From sequence record OL310488.1: DNA of 64,000 nt; one strand, written 5' to 3'. Position 1 is the stretch's first letter, and each line of letters begins with the position of its first letter. Both the position numbers and the translations under genes were made by a program. The DNA is from Escherichia phage EC101. The notes under the pieces are model-generated. The model was not told where the DNA came from and searched no databases. It saw nothing but the letters and a program-made list of their open reading frames with translations. Positions 43,727 through 53,539 of this stretch are shown here, in pieces.

Positions 43727-44177
43727 GTTAGAGATTAGAAGTAATTTTAGGTGGCCATCATGTGCATTAAGTAATTTCGCCCATTGGCCTTTCGTTATGG
43801 ATGGTATTCAATTTGGAGGTCTTGAAGGATTCCTCCAAGGATGCAAGGTGAAAAACGTTGAACAACAACGTCGTATATTTGGGTTATCCGGGCTTGCCGC
43901 TCAACAAGCTGGAAGGTCTTATGCTAGAGCTCAGGACCGTGGGACCCTCTTCTGGCTTGGAGTTCCATTTTCAAGATACTCCCCGGCGTGGAAAGAATTA
44001 TACACAAATGCATATTTTGAAGCAGCGATTCAAAACAAGGGCTTTCGTGATGCATTACAAGCCTCGAAAGGAAAAGTTTTGAAGCACAGCATGGCTAGTG
44101 GTCTAACAAAAGATGATACAATACTAACCGAAGCTGAATTTATTGATGTGTTAAACCTATTAAGAGACTCTCTATGA
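43713..44177 (+). CDS. NADAR-domain (YbiA-like) protein, putative ADP-ribose processing enzyme
   Basis: 154-aa ORF with LSNFAHWPFVMDG...GLEGFLQGCK motif resembling the NADAR/YbiA signature; position corresponds to the T4 30.x genes. Confidence 0.6.
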   Translation: MKMSELEIRSNFRWPSCALSNFAHWPFVMDGIQFGGLEGFLQGCKVKNVEQQRRIFGLSGLAAQQAGRSYARAQDRGTLFWLGVPFSRYSPAWKELYTNAYFEAAIQNKGFRDALQASKGKVLKHSMASGLTKDDTILTEAEFIDVLNLLRDSL

Positions 44178-45010
44178 AGCCTACTATTTTAACTGATATT
44201 GATGGAGTATGTTTAAGCTGGCAATCAGGTCTTCCTTATTTTGCTCAGAAATATAATCTTCCGTTAGAACATATTTTAAAAATGATCCAGGATGAGAAAT
44301 TTATTTCTCCAGGTAAACTCTTTAATTGTGACGAAGAACTTGGCGTCAAGCTAATTGAAAAATACAATCGTTCAGATTTTATTCGTTACTTGTCTCCATA
44401 TAAAGATGCTCTGTGTGTAATTAACAAATTAAAAGAAGATTATAATTTTGTAGCTGTTACAGCATTGGGTGATTCTATTGACGCTCTGCTGAATCGTCAA
44501 TTTAATTTAAACGCTCTTTTTCCTGGTGCCTTCTCAGAAGTACTGATGTGTGGTCATGATTCTTCAAAAGAAGAGTTGTTTAAAAAGGCAAAAGAGAAAT
44601 ATAACGTGATTTGTTATATTGACGATCTCGCTCACCATTGCGATCATGCGAGTGAAATATTAAATGTTCCTGTTTATTGGATGGCTCGAGGAGAGCGTGA
44701 CAATATTCCAAAAACTGCTCAGCGAGTTTATACATGGAATGATGTAGAAAATAAGCTTTTTTCACCGAAGGAAAATAAAGAAAGTTTTGATAGTGAAAAA
44801 GCTATAAAAGATGTAATTGAAAAGATGATTAAAAACGATTCTTTTCCTTGGAACACTACCTGGAGAACTCCTGGATTTAATCCTTATAATCCATATCATC
44901 CATATCAGACGCATCCGTTTCAGACATGGAACTATATTAAACCCGGTGGCATAGAGTATTTGTATAATAGACCTACTGGTGCTAATAATATTTTCCAAGG
45001 AGCATTCTAA
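44174..45010 (+). CDS. HAD-like hydrolase family protein (278 aa)
   Basis: N-terminal motif ILTDIDGV (DxDG, HAD motif I); synteny with the T4 30.x block. Confidence 0.55.
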   Translation: MKPTILTDIDGVCLSWQSGLPYFAQKYNLPLEHILKMIQDEKFISPGKLFNCDEELGVKLIEKYNRSDFIRYLSPYKDALCVINKLKEDYNFVAVTALGDSIDALLNRQFNLNALFPGAFSEVLMCGHDSSKEELFKKAKEKYNVICYIDDLAHHCDHASEILNVPVYWMARGERDNIPKTAQRVYTWNDVENKLFSPKENKESFDSEKAIKDVIEKMIKNDSFPWNTTWRTPGFNPYNPYHPYQTHPFQTWNYIKPGGIEYLYNRPTGANNIFQGAF

Positions 45011-45279
45011 TGTTTGTTGTTCACACTATTTATGAAAATGAAGGTAATACTACACGTGATTACGGTCACGTAAATCAATTTTTTAGATGCAATCCAGAAT
45101 TCCGAGCTCAAAAAGACGAACGAATTTTTAAAAAATGCGTAGAGCAAGGTTTCATTTACGTCAAGCACTGGATGCAAGGAAATAAAGTTAGAACCACGTA
45201 CCACAGGTCTTTGACTGAGCTTAATGATGAATTGATTTATAATAGAGCTGTAAACCAAACTCTAAAGGATGAACAATGA
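45010..45279 (+). CDS. hypothetical protein (89 aa)
   Basis: TAATG overlap with the upstream gene, ATGA overlap with the downstream gene. Confidence 0.6.
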   Translation: MFVVHTIYENEGNTTRDYGHVNQFFRCNPEFRAQKDERIFKKCVEQGFIYVKHWMQGNKVRTTYHRSLTELNDELIYNRAVNQTLKDEQ

Positions 45280-46739
45280 TTCTTAAAATTCTGAACGAAA
45301 TAGCATCTATTGGTTCAACTAAGCAGAAGCAAGCAATTCTTGAAAAGAATAAAGATAATGAATTGCTTAAACGAGTATATCGTCTGACTTATTCTCGTGG
45401 GTTACAGTATTATATCAAGAAATGGCCTAAACCTGGTATTGCTACCCAGAGTTTTGGAATGCTGACTATTACTGATATGCTTGACTTCATTGAATTTACA
45501 TTAGCTACTCGAAAATTGACCGGAAATGCGGCAATTGAGGAATTAGTAGGTTATATTACTGACGGTAAAAAAGATGATGTTGAAGTTTTGCGTCGAGTGA
45601 TGATGCGAGACCTTGAATGTGGTGCTTCAGTATCTATTGCAAACAAAGTTTGGCCAGGTTTAATTCCTGAACAACCTCAAATGCTCGCAAGTTCTTATGA
45701 TGAAAAAGGCATTAATAAGAATATCAAATTTCCAGCCTTTGCCCAGTTAAAAGCTGATGGAGCTCGGTGCTTTGCCGAAGTCAGAGGTGATGAATTAGAT
45801 GACGTTCGTCTTTTATCACGAGCTGGTAATGAATATCTAGGATTAGATCTTCTTAAGGAAGAATTAATCAAAATGACCGCTGAAGCCCGCCAGATTCATC
45901 CAGAAGGCGTGTTAATTGATGGCGAATTGGTATACCATGAGCAAGTTGAAAAGGAGCCAGAAGGCCTAGATTTTCTTTTTGATGCTTATCCTGAAAACAG
46001 TAAAGCTAAAGAATTCGCCGAAGTAGCTGAATCACGTACTGCATCTAATGGCATCGCCAATAAATCTTTAAAGGGAACCATTTCTGAAAAAGAAGCACAA
46101 TGCATGAAGTTTCAGGTCTGGGATTATGTACCGTTGGTAGAAATATACGGTCTTCCTGCATTTCGTTTGAAATATGATGTACGTTTTTCTAAACTAGAAC
46201 AAATGACATCAGGCTATGATAAAGTAATTTTAATTGAAAACCAGGTAGTAAATAACCTAGACGAAGCCAAGGTAATTTATAAAAAGTATATTGACCAAGG
46301 TCTTGAAGGTATTATTCTCAAAAATATCGATGGATTATGGGAAAATGCTCGTTCAAAAAATCTCTATAAATTTAAAGAAGTAATTGATGTTGATTTAAAA
46401 ATTGTAGGAATTTATCCTCACCGTAAAGACCCTACTAAAGCAGGTGGATTTATTCTTGAGTCAGAGTGTGGAAAAATTAAAGTAAATGCTGGTTCAGGCT
46501 TAAAAGATAAAGCCGGTGTAAAATCGCATGAACTTGACCGTACTCGCATTATGGAAAACCAAAATTATTATATTGGAAAAATTCTAGAGTGCGAATGCAA
46601 CGGTTGGTTAAAATCTGATGGCCGCACTGATTACGTTAAATTATTTCTTCCGATTGCGATTCGTTTGCGTGAAGATAAAACTAAAGCTAATACATTCGAG
46701 GATGTATTTGGTGATTTTCATGAGGTAACTGGTTTATGA
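45276..46739 (+). CDS. 30: ATP-dependent DNA ligase
   Basis: 487-aa ORF; adenylation motif KADGAR (FAQLKADGARCF); matches T4 gp30. Confidence 0.95.
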   Translation: MILKILNEIASIGSTKQKQAILEKNKDNELLKRVYRLTYSRGLQYYIKKWPKPGIATQSFGMLTITDMLDFIEFTLATRKLTGNAAIEELVGYITDGKKDDVEVLRRVMMRDLECGASVSIANKVWPGLIPEQPQMLASSYDEKGINKNIKFPAFAQLKADGARCFAEVRGDELDDVRLLSRAGNEYLGLDLLKEELIKMTAEARQIHPEGVLIDGELVYHEQVEKEPEGLDFLFDAYPENSKAKEFAEVAESRTASNGIANKSLKGTISEKEAQCMKFQVWDYVPLVEIYGLPAFRLKYDVRFSKLEQMTSGYDKVILIENQVVNNLDEAKVIYKKYIDQGLEGIILKNIDGLWENARSKNLYKFKEVIDVDLKIVGIYPHRKDPTKAGGFILESECGKIKVNAGSGLKDKAGVKSHELDRTRIMENQNYYIGKILECECNGWLKSDGRTDYVKLFLPIAIRLREDKTKANTFEDVFGDFHEVTGL

Positions 46740-46924
46740 AAGCTTACTTAGAAACAATTGTCATTGCTCAAAAAGAAGGTGGAGATGTTTCTACTTCTGT
46801 ATCACAAGTCATTCTCGAATTTGTAGATGCATACGCTTATAATAAATTCACAGAAACATTTGATGCCTATGAAAAAGGTCCAAAGTTTGAAATATACCGT
46901 ACTCTCTTACCACTAGATTATTAA
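46736..46924 (+). CDS. hypothetical protein (62 aa)
   Basis: ATGA overlap with the ligase stop. Confidence 0.55.
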   Translation: MKAYLETIVIAQKEGGDVSTSVSQVILEFVDAYAYNKFTETFDAYEKGPKFEIYRTLLPLDY

Positions 46925-46948
46925 AGGCCTTCGGGCCTTTAATTTTAT
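46924..46948 (+). terminator. probable intrinsic terminator (AAAGGCC-TTCG-GGCCTTT followed by AATTTT)
   Basis: 7-bp stem with UUCG loop; weak T-run. Confidence 0.5.
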
Positions 46949-46976
46949 AAATAGAATAAACACTAGAGAGGCTATG

Positions 46977-49031
46977 ATGGAACTTATTACAGAATTATTT
47001 GACGAAGATACTACTCTTCCGATTACAAACTTAAATCCAAAGAAGAAAATACCGCAAATTTTTTCAGTTCATGTTGATGATGCAATTGAACAACCAGGCT
47101 TTCGTTTATGTACCTATACATCTGGAGGTGATACTAATCGCGATTTAAAGATGGGCGATAAAATGATGCATATTGTTCCTTTTACATTAACTGCTAAAGG
47201 TTCAATTGCTAAATTAAAAGGTCTTGGTCCAAGCCCAATTAATTATATCAATTCAGTTTTTACTGTTGCGATGCAAACAATGCGTCAGTATAAAATTGAT
47301 GCCTGTATGCTTCGTATTCTTAAGTCTAAAACCGCTGGTCAAGCTCGACAAATTCAAGTTATTGCTGATAGACTTATCCGTAGTCGTTCAGGTGGCAGAT
47401 ACGTCCTTCTTAAGGAACTCTGGGATTACGATAAAAAGTATGCATATATTCTTATACATCGCAAAAATGTATCACTAGAAGACATTCCGGGAGTTCCGGA
47501 AATTAGTACTGAGCTCTTTACTAAAGTTGAATCGAAGGTCGGTGATGTTTATATCAATAAAGATACTGGAGCTCAAGTAACTAAAAATGAGGCAATTGCA
47601 GCATCTATTGCGCAAGAAAATGATAAACGTTCTGACCAAGCTGTAATCGTTAAAGTTAAAATTTCCCGTAGAGCAATTGCGCAAAGTCAATCATTGGAAT
47701 CTTCTAGATTTGAAACGCCGATGTTTCAAAAATTTGAGGCTTCAGCAGCAGAATTAAATAAACCTGCTGACGCTCCTTTAATTTCTGACGCTAATGAATT
47801 AACTGTTATTTCTACTTCAGGATTTGCATTAGAGAATGCTCTTAGTAGTGTTACAGCTGGAATGGCATTCAGAGAAGCTTCTATAATTCCTGAAGATAAA
47901 GAATCTGATGTTAATGCAGAAATAAAAAATAAAGCTTTAGAAAGATTACGAAAAGAATCTATTACTTCAATAAAAACTTTAGAAACTATTGCTTCTATAG
48001 TTGATGATACTTTAGAAAAATATAAAGGTGCTTGGTTAGAAAGAAACATTAACAAGCATTCGCATTTAAATCAAGATGCTGCGAATGAGTTAGTACAAAA
48101 TTCTTGGAATGCAATAAAAACAAAGATTATTCGAAGAGAATTGCGTGGATATGCTCTTACCGCTGGATGGTCACTACATCCTATAGTCGAAAATAAAGAT
48201 TCATCTAAATACACACCGGCACAAAAACGCGGAATTCGTGAATACGTAAGTTCAGGATATGTAGACATAAATAACGCTCTTTTGGGATTATATAATCCAG
48301 ATGAGCGTACAAGTATTTTGACAGCATCTGATATAGAAAAAGCTATTGATAATTTAGATTCTGCCTTTAAAAATGGTGAACGATTACCAAAAGGTATTAC
48401 TTTGTATCGTTCACAACGAATGTTACCTTCAATATATGAAGCACTGGTAAAAAATCGAGTTTTTTATTTTAGAAACTTTGTGTCAACATCATTATATCCA
48501 AATATTTTTGGTACCTGGATGACTGATTCATCTGTGGGTGTTTTACCAGACGAAAAGCGTTTAAGTGTTTCTATTGATAAAACTGATGAAGGACTAGTAA
48601 ATTCTAGCGATAATTTAGTTGGAATTGGATGGGTTATTACTGGGGCTGATAAAGTCAATGTTGTTTTACCAGGTGGAAGTTTAGCACCTTCAAATGAAAT
48701 GGAAGTCATTTTGCCACGTGGATTAATGGTCAAAGTTAATAAAATAACCGATGCATCTTACAATGATGGAACAGTTAAAACTAACAACAAGCTTATTCAA
48801 GCTGAAGTTATGACCACAGAAGAACTCACCGAATCGGTAATTTATGACGGTGACCGTCTAATGGAAACCGGCGAAGTAGTTGCAATGACAGGTGATATTG
48901 AAATAGAAGACAGAGTTGACTTTGCATCATTTGTTTCATCAAACGTTAAACAGAAAGTAGAATCATCTCTTGGAATTATTGCGTCTTGTATAGATATTGC
49001 AAACATGCCTTACAAGTTCGTTCAAGGATAA
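46977..49031 (+). CDS. alt: Alt ADP-ribosyltransferase (virion-packaged; modifies host RNA polymerase alpha subunit)
   Basis: 684 aa from the ATG with GAGAGG SD; sequence matches T4 Alt as recalled; C-terminal R-S-E ADP-ribosyltransferase motifs (LYRSQ, FVSTSL, EVILPRG). Confidence 0.9.
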   Translation: MELITELFDEDTTLPITNLNPKKKIPQIFSVHVDDAIEQPGFRLCTYTSGGDTNRDLKMGDKMMHIVPFTLTAKGSIAKLKGLGPSPINYINSVFTVAMQTMRQYKIDACMLRILKSKTAGQARQIQVIADRLIRSRSGGRYVLLKELWDYDKKYAYILIHRKNVSLEDIPGVPEISTELFTKVESKVGDVYINKDTGAQVTKNEAIAASIAQENDKRSDQAVIVKVKISRRAIAQSQSLESSRFETPMFQKFEASAAELNKPADAPLISDANELTVISTSGFALENALSSVTAGMAFREASIIPEDKESDVNAEIKNKALERLRKESITSIKTLETIASIVDDTLEKYKGAWLERNINKHSHLNQDAANELVQNSWNAIKTKIIRRELRGYALTAGWSLHPIVENKDSSKYTPAQKRGIREYVSSGYVDINNALLGLYNPDERTSILTASDIEKAIDNLDSAFKNGERLPKGITLYRSQRMLPSIYEALVKNRVFYFRNFVSTSLYPNIFGTWMTDSSVGVLPDEKRLSVSIDKTDEGLVNSSDNLVGIGWVITGADKVNVVLPGGSLAPSNEMEVILPRGLMVKVNKITDASYNDGTVKTNNKLIQAEVMTTEELTESVIYDGDRLMETGEVVAMTGDIEIEDRVDFASFVSSNVKQKVESSLGIIASCIDIANMPYKFVQG

Positions 49032-49034
49032 ATC

Positions 49035-51092
49035 ATGGAACTTATTACAGAATTATTTGACGGCGCTTCGGCGCCGGTTGTTAACTTAAATCCTAAGCAT
49101 AAAATACCACAAATTTTTGCTATTCAAGCCGGCGAAGAAAGCGTGCTTCCTGGATTTAGATTTTGTACATATACCTCTGGTGGTGATACGAATAAAAACG
49201 TTAAGCCAGGCGATAAAATGATGCATATCGTAATGATAGGTGTTAATGAGAAACTATCATTAGTTAAGCTTAAAAACTTGGGTGGAAATCCAATTGGTGT
49301 CATTAATGCCGTTTTTGATACTGCTCTTCAAACAATGAAACAGTATAAAATCGACGCATGCCTATTCCGCGTACTAAAAAGTAAAACAAATGGCGCAGCT
49401 CGTCAAATGCAAGTTATTGCTGACCGTTTAGTACGTACTAAAGGAGCAGGTCGATATGTTCTTTTAAAGGAAATCTGGGACTATGATAAGAAATATGCAT
49501 ATATTATGGTTTACCGTAAAAATGCCAATTTAGAAGACATTCCAGGTGTACCTCCTATTTCAACTGAGTTATTCACAAAAGTTGAATCAAAGGTTGGTGA
49601 TGTTTATGTAGATGTTAAAACAGGTAATGCTGTTCCTAAAGCTGTTGCTGTTGCTGCTTCTATTGCTTTAGAAAATGATAAGCGCACGGACCAAGCTGTT
49701 ATTCAGAAAACTAAAATTAGTCGTCGATTAGCAGCACAAGCTCAATATTCTACTGTTGATGCTTCACTTCAGGGTGATAGCTTCGCTGCTAAGAAATATC
49801 AAGAGTTTGAATCTAAAGTTCCGGTATATAAAGCAGAAGGTCCGATGAACTCTGGCGTTATCCAGATTGGTTCAAACTTCAGCAAAGGAGCTATCGGTGG
49901 TATGAGAAGTGCTTCTCGTTTTAAATCTAACGATTATGAACTAGAAAGCTTCCGAAATCATATTGCATTGGCCCATGCACGTTTACGTGATCCATCTATC
50001 AAGTTGCAGAGCGATATAACATATCAAGGTTCTCAAGAATATTTAAAGAATAAAGAATTCTTTGATTATAAAACTGATAAAATTTTAAGCGATCTTGCTG
50101 ACATTAATATTTCTAATAGCTTTGATGTTATTAAGAAAATTATTAATGATTTAGTTAAAGGTTCTAAAACCACACCAGATGAAAAGACAGCTATTATTCA
50201 ATTTGTCATGAATGGCATTTATAAATTGATTAATGAATCTGCTGCCCAGGCATATGAATACGCAAGCACCGAAGTAGCTCCAAAAGGACTGACTCAGGCT
50301 GAATCTGATGTAATTGAAGATTATTGTGCAGATTCATATGTTGAAATGAACTCGTTCCTTTTGGGTAAACCAGATTCTACCCGTGAAGAATATATGGAAC
50401 GAGCTATTAAGCACATCGAGACGTTGGATTCTGCATTCGCTAAAGGTTCAGTTCTTCCTCCAGGAACTACGCTTTATCGTGGACAAGAAGTTACCTTTAA
50501 AACTTTGCGTCATAACATTGAAAACAAAATGTTCTATTTCAAGAACTTCGTATCCACATCGCTTAAACCAAATATATTCGGTGAGCATGGTAAAAACTAT
50601 ATGGCTCTAGATGATTCTGGCGCAGTATTTTCTGGCGAAGGAGAAGGTTCCGTTGATGCAGAAGATTTGATGCATATGGGTAGTCATTCTACATATGCTA
50701 ATGAAGATGCTGAAACTAGCGTGGGTATGGTAATTAAAGGAGCTGAGCGAATCAAAGTTATCGTTCCAGGTCATTTATCAGGATTTCCATCAGAAGCTGA
50801 AGTTATTCTACCACGTGGAATTTTACTGAAGATTAATAAAGTAAGTACTTACTTTATGAAAGAAACTGCTTATAACAAGTATCTAATCGAAGGTACAATC
50901 GTTCCTCCTTCTGAACAATTAGAAGAATCAGTATATGATGGAGACCATCTAATGGAAACTGGTGAAGTTCGTCCAATGGCTGGATTTAATCAATTCCTTG
51001 TAGAAGAATCAAAAGAAGAGGAAAATGAAGTTTCTCAAATCTTAGCTTCTTTGGTTAACATCAACGGAATGTCTAAAAAGTTCAAAATGTAG
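49035..51092 (+). CDS. Alt-like ADP-ribosyltransferase paralog (second copy, divergent central region)
   Basis: 685-aa ORF 3 nt after alt; N-terminal about 210 aa and C-terminal ART core (LYRGQ, FVSTSL, EVILPRG) are clearly homologous to Alt; the middle is diverged. Confidence 0.85.
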   Translation: MELITELFDGASAPVVNLNPKHKIPQIFAIQAGEESVLPGFRFCTYTSGGDTNKNVKPGDKMMHIVMIGVNEKLSLVKLKNLGGNPIGVINAVFDTALQTMKQYKIDACLFRVLKSKTNGAARQMQVIADRLVRTKGAGRYVLLKEIWDYDKKYAYIMVYRKNANLEDIPGVPPISTELFTKVESKVGDVYVDVKTGNAVPKAVAVAASIALENDKRTDQAVIQKTKISRRLAAQAQYSTVDASLQGDSFAAKKYQEFESKVPVYKAEGPMNSGVIQIGSNFSKGAIGGMRSASRFKSNDYELESFRNHIALAHARLRDPSIKLQSDITYQGSQEYLKNKEFFDYKTDKILSDLADINISNSFDVIKKIINDLVKGSKTTPDEKTAIIQFVMNGIYKLINESAAQAYEYASTEVAPKGLTQAESDVIEDYCADSYVEMNSFLLGKPDSTREEYMERAIKHIETLDSAFAKGSVLPPGTTLYRGQEVTFKTLRHNIENKMFYFKNFVSTSLKPNIFGEHGKNYMALDDSGAVFSGEGEGSVDAEDLMHMGSHSTYANEDAETSVGMVIKGAERIKVIVPGHLSGFPSEAEVILPRGILLKINKVSTYFMKETAYNKYLIEGTIVPPSEQLEESVYDGDHLMETGEVRPMAGFNQFLVEESKEEENEVSQILASLVNINGMSKKFKM

Positions 51093-51121
51093 TTTACAAG
51101 TCCCTCGTGTTGTGTTATAGT
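51092..51121 (+). promoter_or_regulatory. T4-type early promoter (copy 2 of the 54-bp repeated promoter-leader module)
   Basis: identical to 35317..35370 over 54 bp. Confidence 0.5.
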
Positions 51122-51152
51122 AGTCTTACTGACATAACATGAGGAACACAAA

Positions 51153-51443
51153 ATGAAATCTTCTTTACGCTTTTTAGGCCAAGAGCTCGTCGTTGAAGGC
51201 GTTATTCCTGCTGATAATGCTTTTAATGAAGCAGTTTACGATGAATTTATTAAAATTTTTGGAACAGATAAAAAGTTCGGAATTTTTCCTTCTGAAAATT
51301 TTTCAAAGCCAGAACAGACTGAAAGTATTTTTCAGGGTGTAGTAACAGGTAAATTTGAGTCAGAAGCTCCGGTAAAAATTGAAGTTTATATTGAAGACAG
51401 TTTAGTTGCTTCAGTTTCTGCTTTCATTTCATTCCGTAAATAA
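51153..51443 (+). CDS. hypothetical protein (96 aa)
   Basis: GAGGAACACAAA-ATG downstream of the repeated promoter. Confidence 0.6.
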   Translation: MKSSLRFLGQELVVEGVIPADNAFNEAVYDEFIKIFGTDKKFGIFPSENFSKPEQTESIFQGVVTGKFESEAPVKIEVYIEDSLVASVSAFISFRK

Positions 51444-51449
51444 AAATAT

Positions 51450-51467
51450 GGGGACCGAAAGGTCCCC
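51450..51467. terminator. bidirectional terminator hairpin (GGGGACC-GAAA-GGTCCCC) between convergent genes
   Basis: 7-bp GC stem flanked by A-run upstream and T-rich downstream; sits between the plus-strand 51153 ORF and minus-strand gene 54. Confidence 0.7.
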
Positions 51468-51471
51468 ATTG

Positions 51472-52437
51472 TTATATTGCTCCTAATATTTTACTCTGCG
51501 AATTGACAATTCCTGTCATAGTATTAATATTTGAAATGCTTCCTGCATTTCCCCCTAATCTACTAAGTCGTGAAAGCGAATTAGATAGTCCAGTAACACC
51601 TCCACTATTTCCGAGAACGCTTTGAATACCATTTATAGTAGCAGATTCAAGCCATTCAAGGGCAGCTTGTCTATCAACTGCTCCAGCCTGCATCACTCTA
51701 TACGCAAAAGTAACATCAAATGTAGTTATTTGGTTATCTCCATCATATGATAACTCAGGAGCGCTTACGGACACTGGAATGCATCCAGTGAACATCACCG
51801 CAGTATGTGGTAATCCATTGCGAGAATGAAGATTAACCTGAATATCTGCCTCGACATCTTGCGGCAAAGCACGCAATCCAGTTACTGGGTCTTGAACAGC
51901 GTTAACCCAGTCTTGCATTGCACGATAGTTACAAGCTTCTGAATCCATTCTGAATGAAATAACCAAAGGGTCTAATTCTCTCCCAGTTATACGAATATTA
52001 GGAGAATTATAGTTCCAGTCAGTTTCATAGGATAATCTATTCTCTGGCATTTTTACAGAGTATATCATCAATCCAGATGAGTTATATGCCACGTTAAAGA
52101 AGTCAATTAAATATGTACCAACTGTAAATGAGCCTAATAAACTTTGAACTGTACGTTGACTCATGGCACCAATAAGATATTTACTAACCCCTGATTTTCT
52201 TATCAGTTTTTGTGTGCCAGCTGTAATTAGCGTAGTAATTCCATGATTAATATCGCCTTGAGTTAATCCTAACCAATCTGAATTTAGGCCCAAGTTATTA
52301 TAAGAAAAGTTGCTAATTGAACTTATCAACGAAGAGCTTTTAGTTGATGGAGTTGTAGCAAAAACACAGCTGAACATATTATTACGTTGGAAATCTGCGT
52401 TTATTGCTTGATTATTAAATTCCTCTAAAGAATACAT
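51472..52437 (-). CDS. 54: gp54 baseplate tail tube initiator
   Basis: 321-aa ORF; T4 gp54 is 320 aa; synteny 29-48-54. Confidence 0.9.
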   Translation of the reverse strand: MYSLEEFNNQAINADFQRNNMFSCVFATTPSTKSSSLISSISNFSYNNLGLNSDWLGLTQGDINHGITTLITAGTQKLIRKSGVSKYLIGAMSQRTVQSLLGSFTVGTYLIDFFNVAYNSSGLMIYSVKMPENRLSYETDWNYNSPNIRITGRELDPLVISFRMDSEACNYRAMQDWVNAVQDPVTGLRALPQDVEADIQVNLHSRNGLPHTAVMFTGCIPVSVSAPELSYDGDNQITTFDVTFAYRVMQAGAVDRQAALEWLESATINGIQSVLGNSGGVTGLSNSLSRLSRLGGNAGSISNINTMTGIVNSQSKILGAI

Positions 52438-53531
52438 TAAAAAGTCCCCGCATATAAAGAAGCACGGTTTAACGTGATAATTTCTCTCATAGTAATCTCG
52501 AGAGTAAATGTACTAGGGAGATTTGGAGCAATAGCTAATCCGTTAAAGTTACCATTAGGTGTTTTATCAAATCTGATACTCTGGATTTGACATGGACCGA
52601 ATATTTCCGTTTTTCCATCAAACTTAGATGTTGCACCAAAGTTTTTCACCATCCAAATTGTCGGGTTTGAAACTACAAGAACGTTAGTTAAACTCGATGT
52701 CATTTTCTCAAATAACGTCTTATTTTTAACTGCATCTTCTGGAGTTAACGGCTCAATAAAAGTAGAACGGTACCACTCATCTAAATATCCTTTTATTTCA
52801 GCAGCATATTGAGATTTACCAGTTTCACCGTAAGAAAAATAGTTAAAATACTGATAGATATTAATAATAGCCATTAAATCTTCTGTTGAGCGCGGAGTCA
52901 AATCCCAAGTGAACACTTTAGTTCTATTTTCAGCACCGCCGTACATGCTTCTGGCTGTCGTATAAATCTGTTCATTATTATCAGCCATTATACCTTGTGT
53001 TATACTTTCCAGCGCTCCAAATACTGCGGTTGAAGCCATATTGCTTAGCACACCAGTAGCAGTACCTCCACCTTTTGTAATAAGACTATCTTGAACATCA
53101 TTAAATCTATGTGATGACGTATCGACGTCAGATTTAGATCTAGGTAAAAGAATATTTGCAACAGGAACTTTACTTATTGCTCCTGAATTATTATCTGATA
53201 TTAGTCCATTTGATAGTTTTGATACTGTATTACTGATAGTGTTTCTGGCTGTACGTAAAATACTCGAAGATGAAGAAGAGTAGTTAGATCTCATCGTTCT
53301 AAGACTTCCAGAATCCCTAGATGACATATTGTATGCAGTAAATAATAATCCATTCTTATATAGATCTGTTACCTGGAAGTCCCCTGTAGTGTCATTACCA
53401 CTAGCACGCCCAGTTGGAAACTGGGCTGTGTATGTTTTAGTTCCTACTTCTGATTTAGTACTCTGTCCGGCTGAAATTGTTTCACCGGACTTTTTAATTA
53501 AATCAGCAGTTATTTCTTTAACAATTGCCAT
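52437..53531 (-). CDS. 48: gp48 baseplate tail tube cap
   Basis: 364-aa ORF, identical in length to T4 gp48; synteny. Confidence 0.9.
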   Translation of the reverse strand: MAIVKEITADLIKKSGETISAGQSTKSEVGTKTYTAQFPTGRASGNDTTGDFQVTDLYKNGLLFTAYNMSSRDSGSLRTMRSNYSSSSSSILRTARNTISNTVSKLSNGLISDNNSGAISKVPVANILLPRSKSDVDTSSHRFNDVQDSLITKGGGTATGVLSNMASTAVFGALESITQGIMADNNEQIYTTARSMYGGAENRTKVFTWDLTPRSTEDLMAIINIYQYFNYFSYGETGKSQYAAEIKGYLDEWYRSTFIEPLTPEDAVKNKTLFEKMTSSLTNVLVVSNPTIWMVKNFGATSKFDGKTEIFGPCQIQSIRFDKTPNGNFNGLAIAPNLPSTFTLEITMREIITLNRASLYAGTF

Positions 53532-53539
53532 ATTATTCC

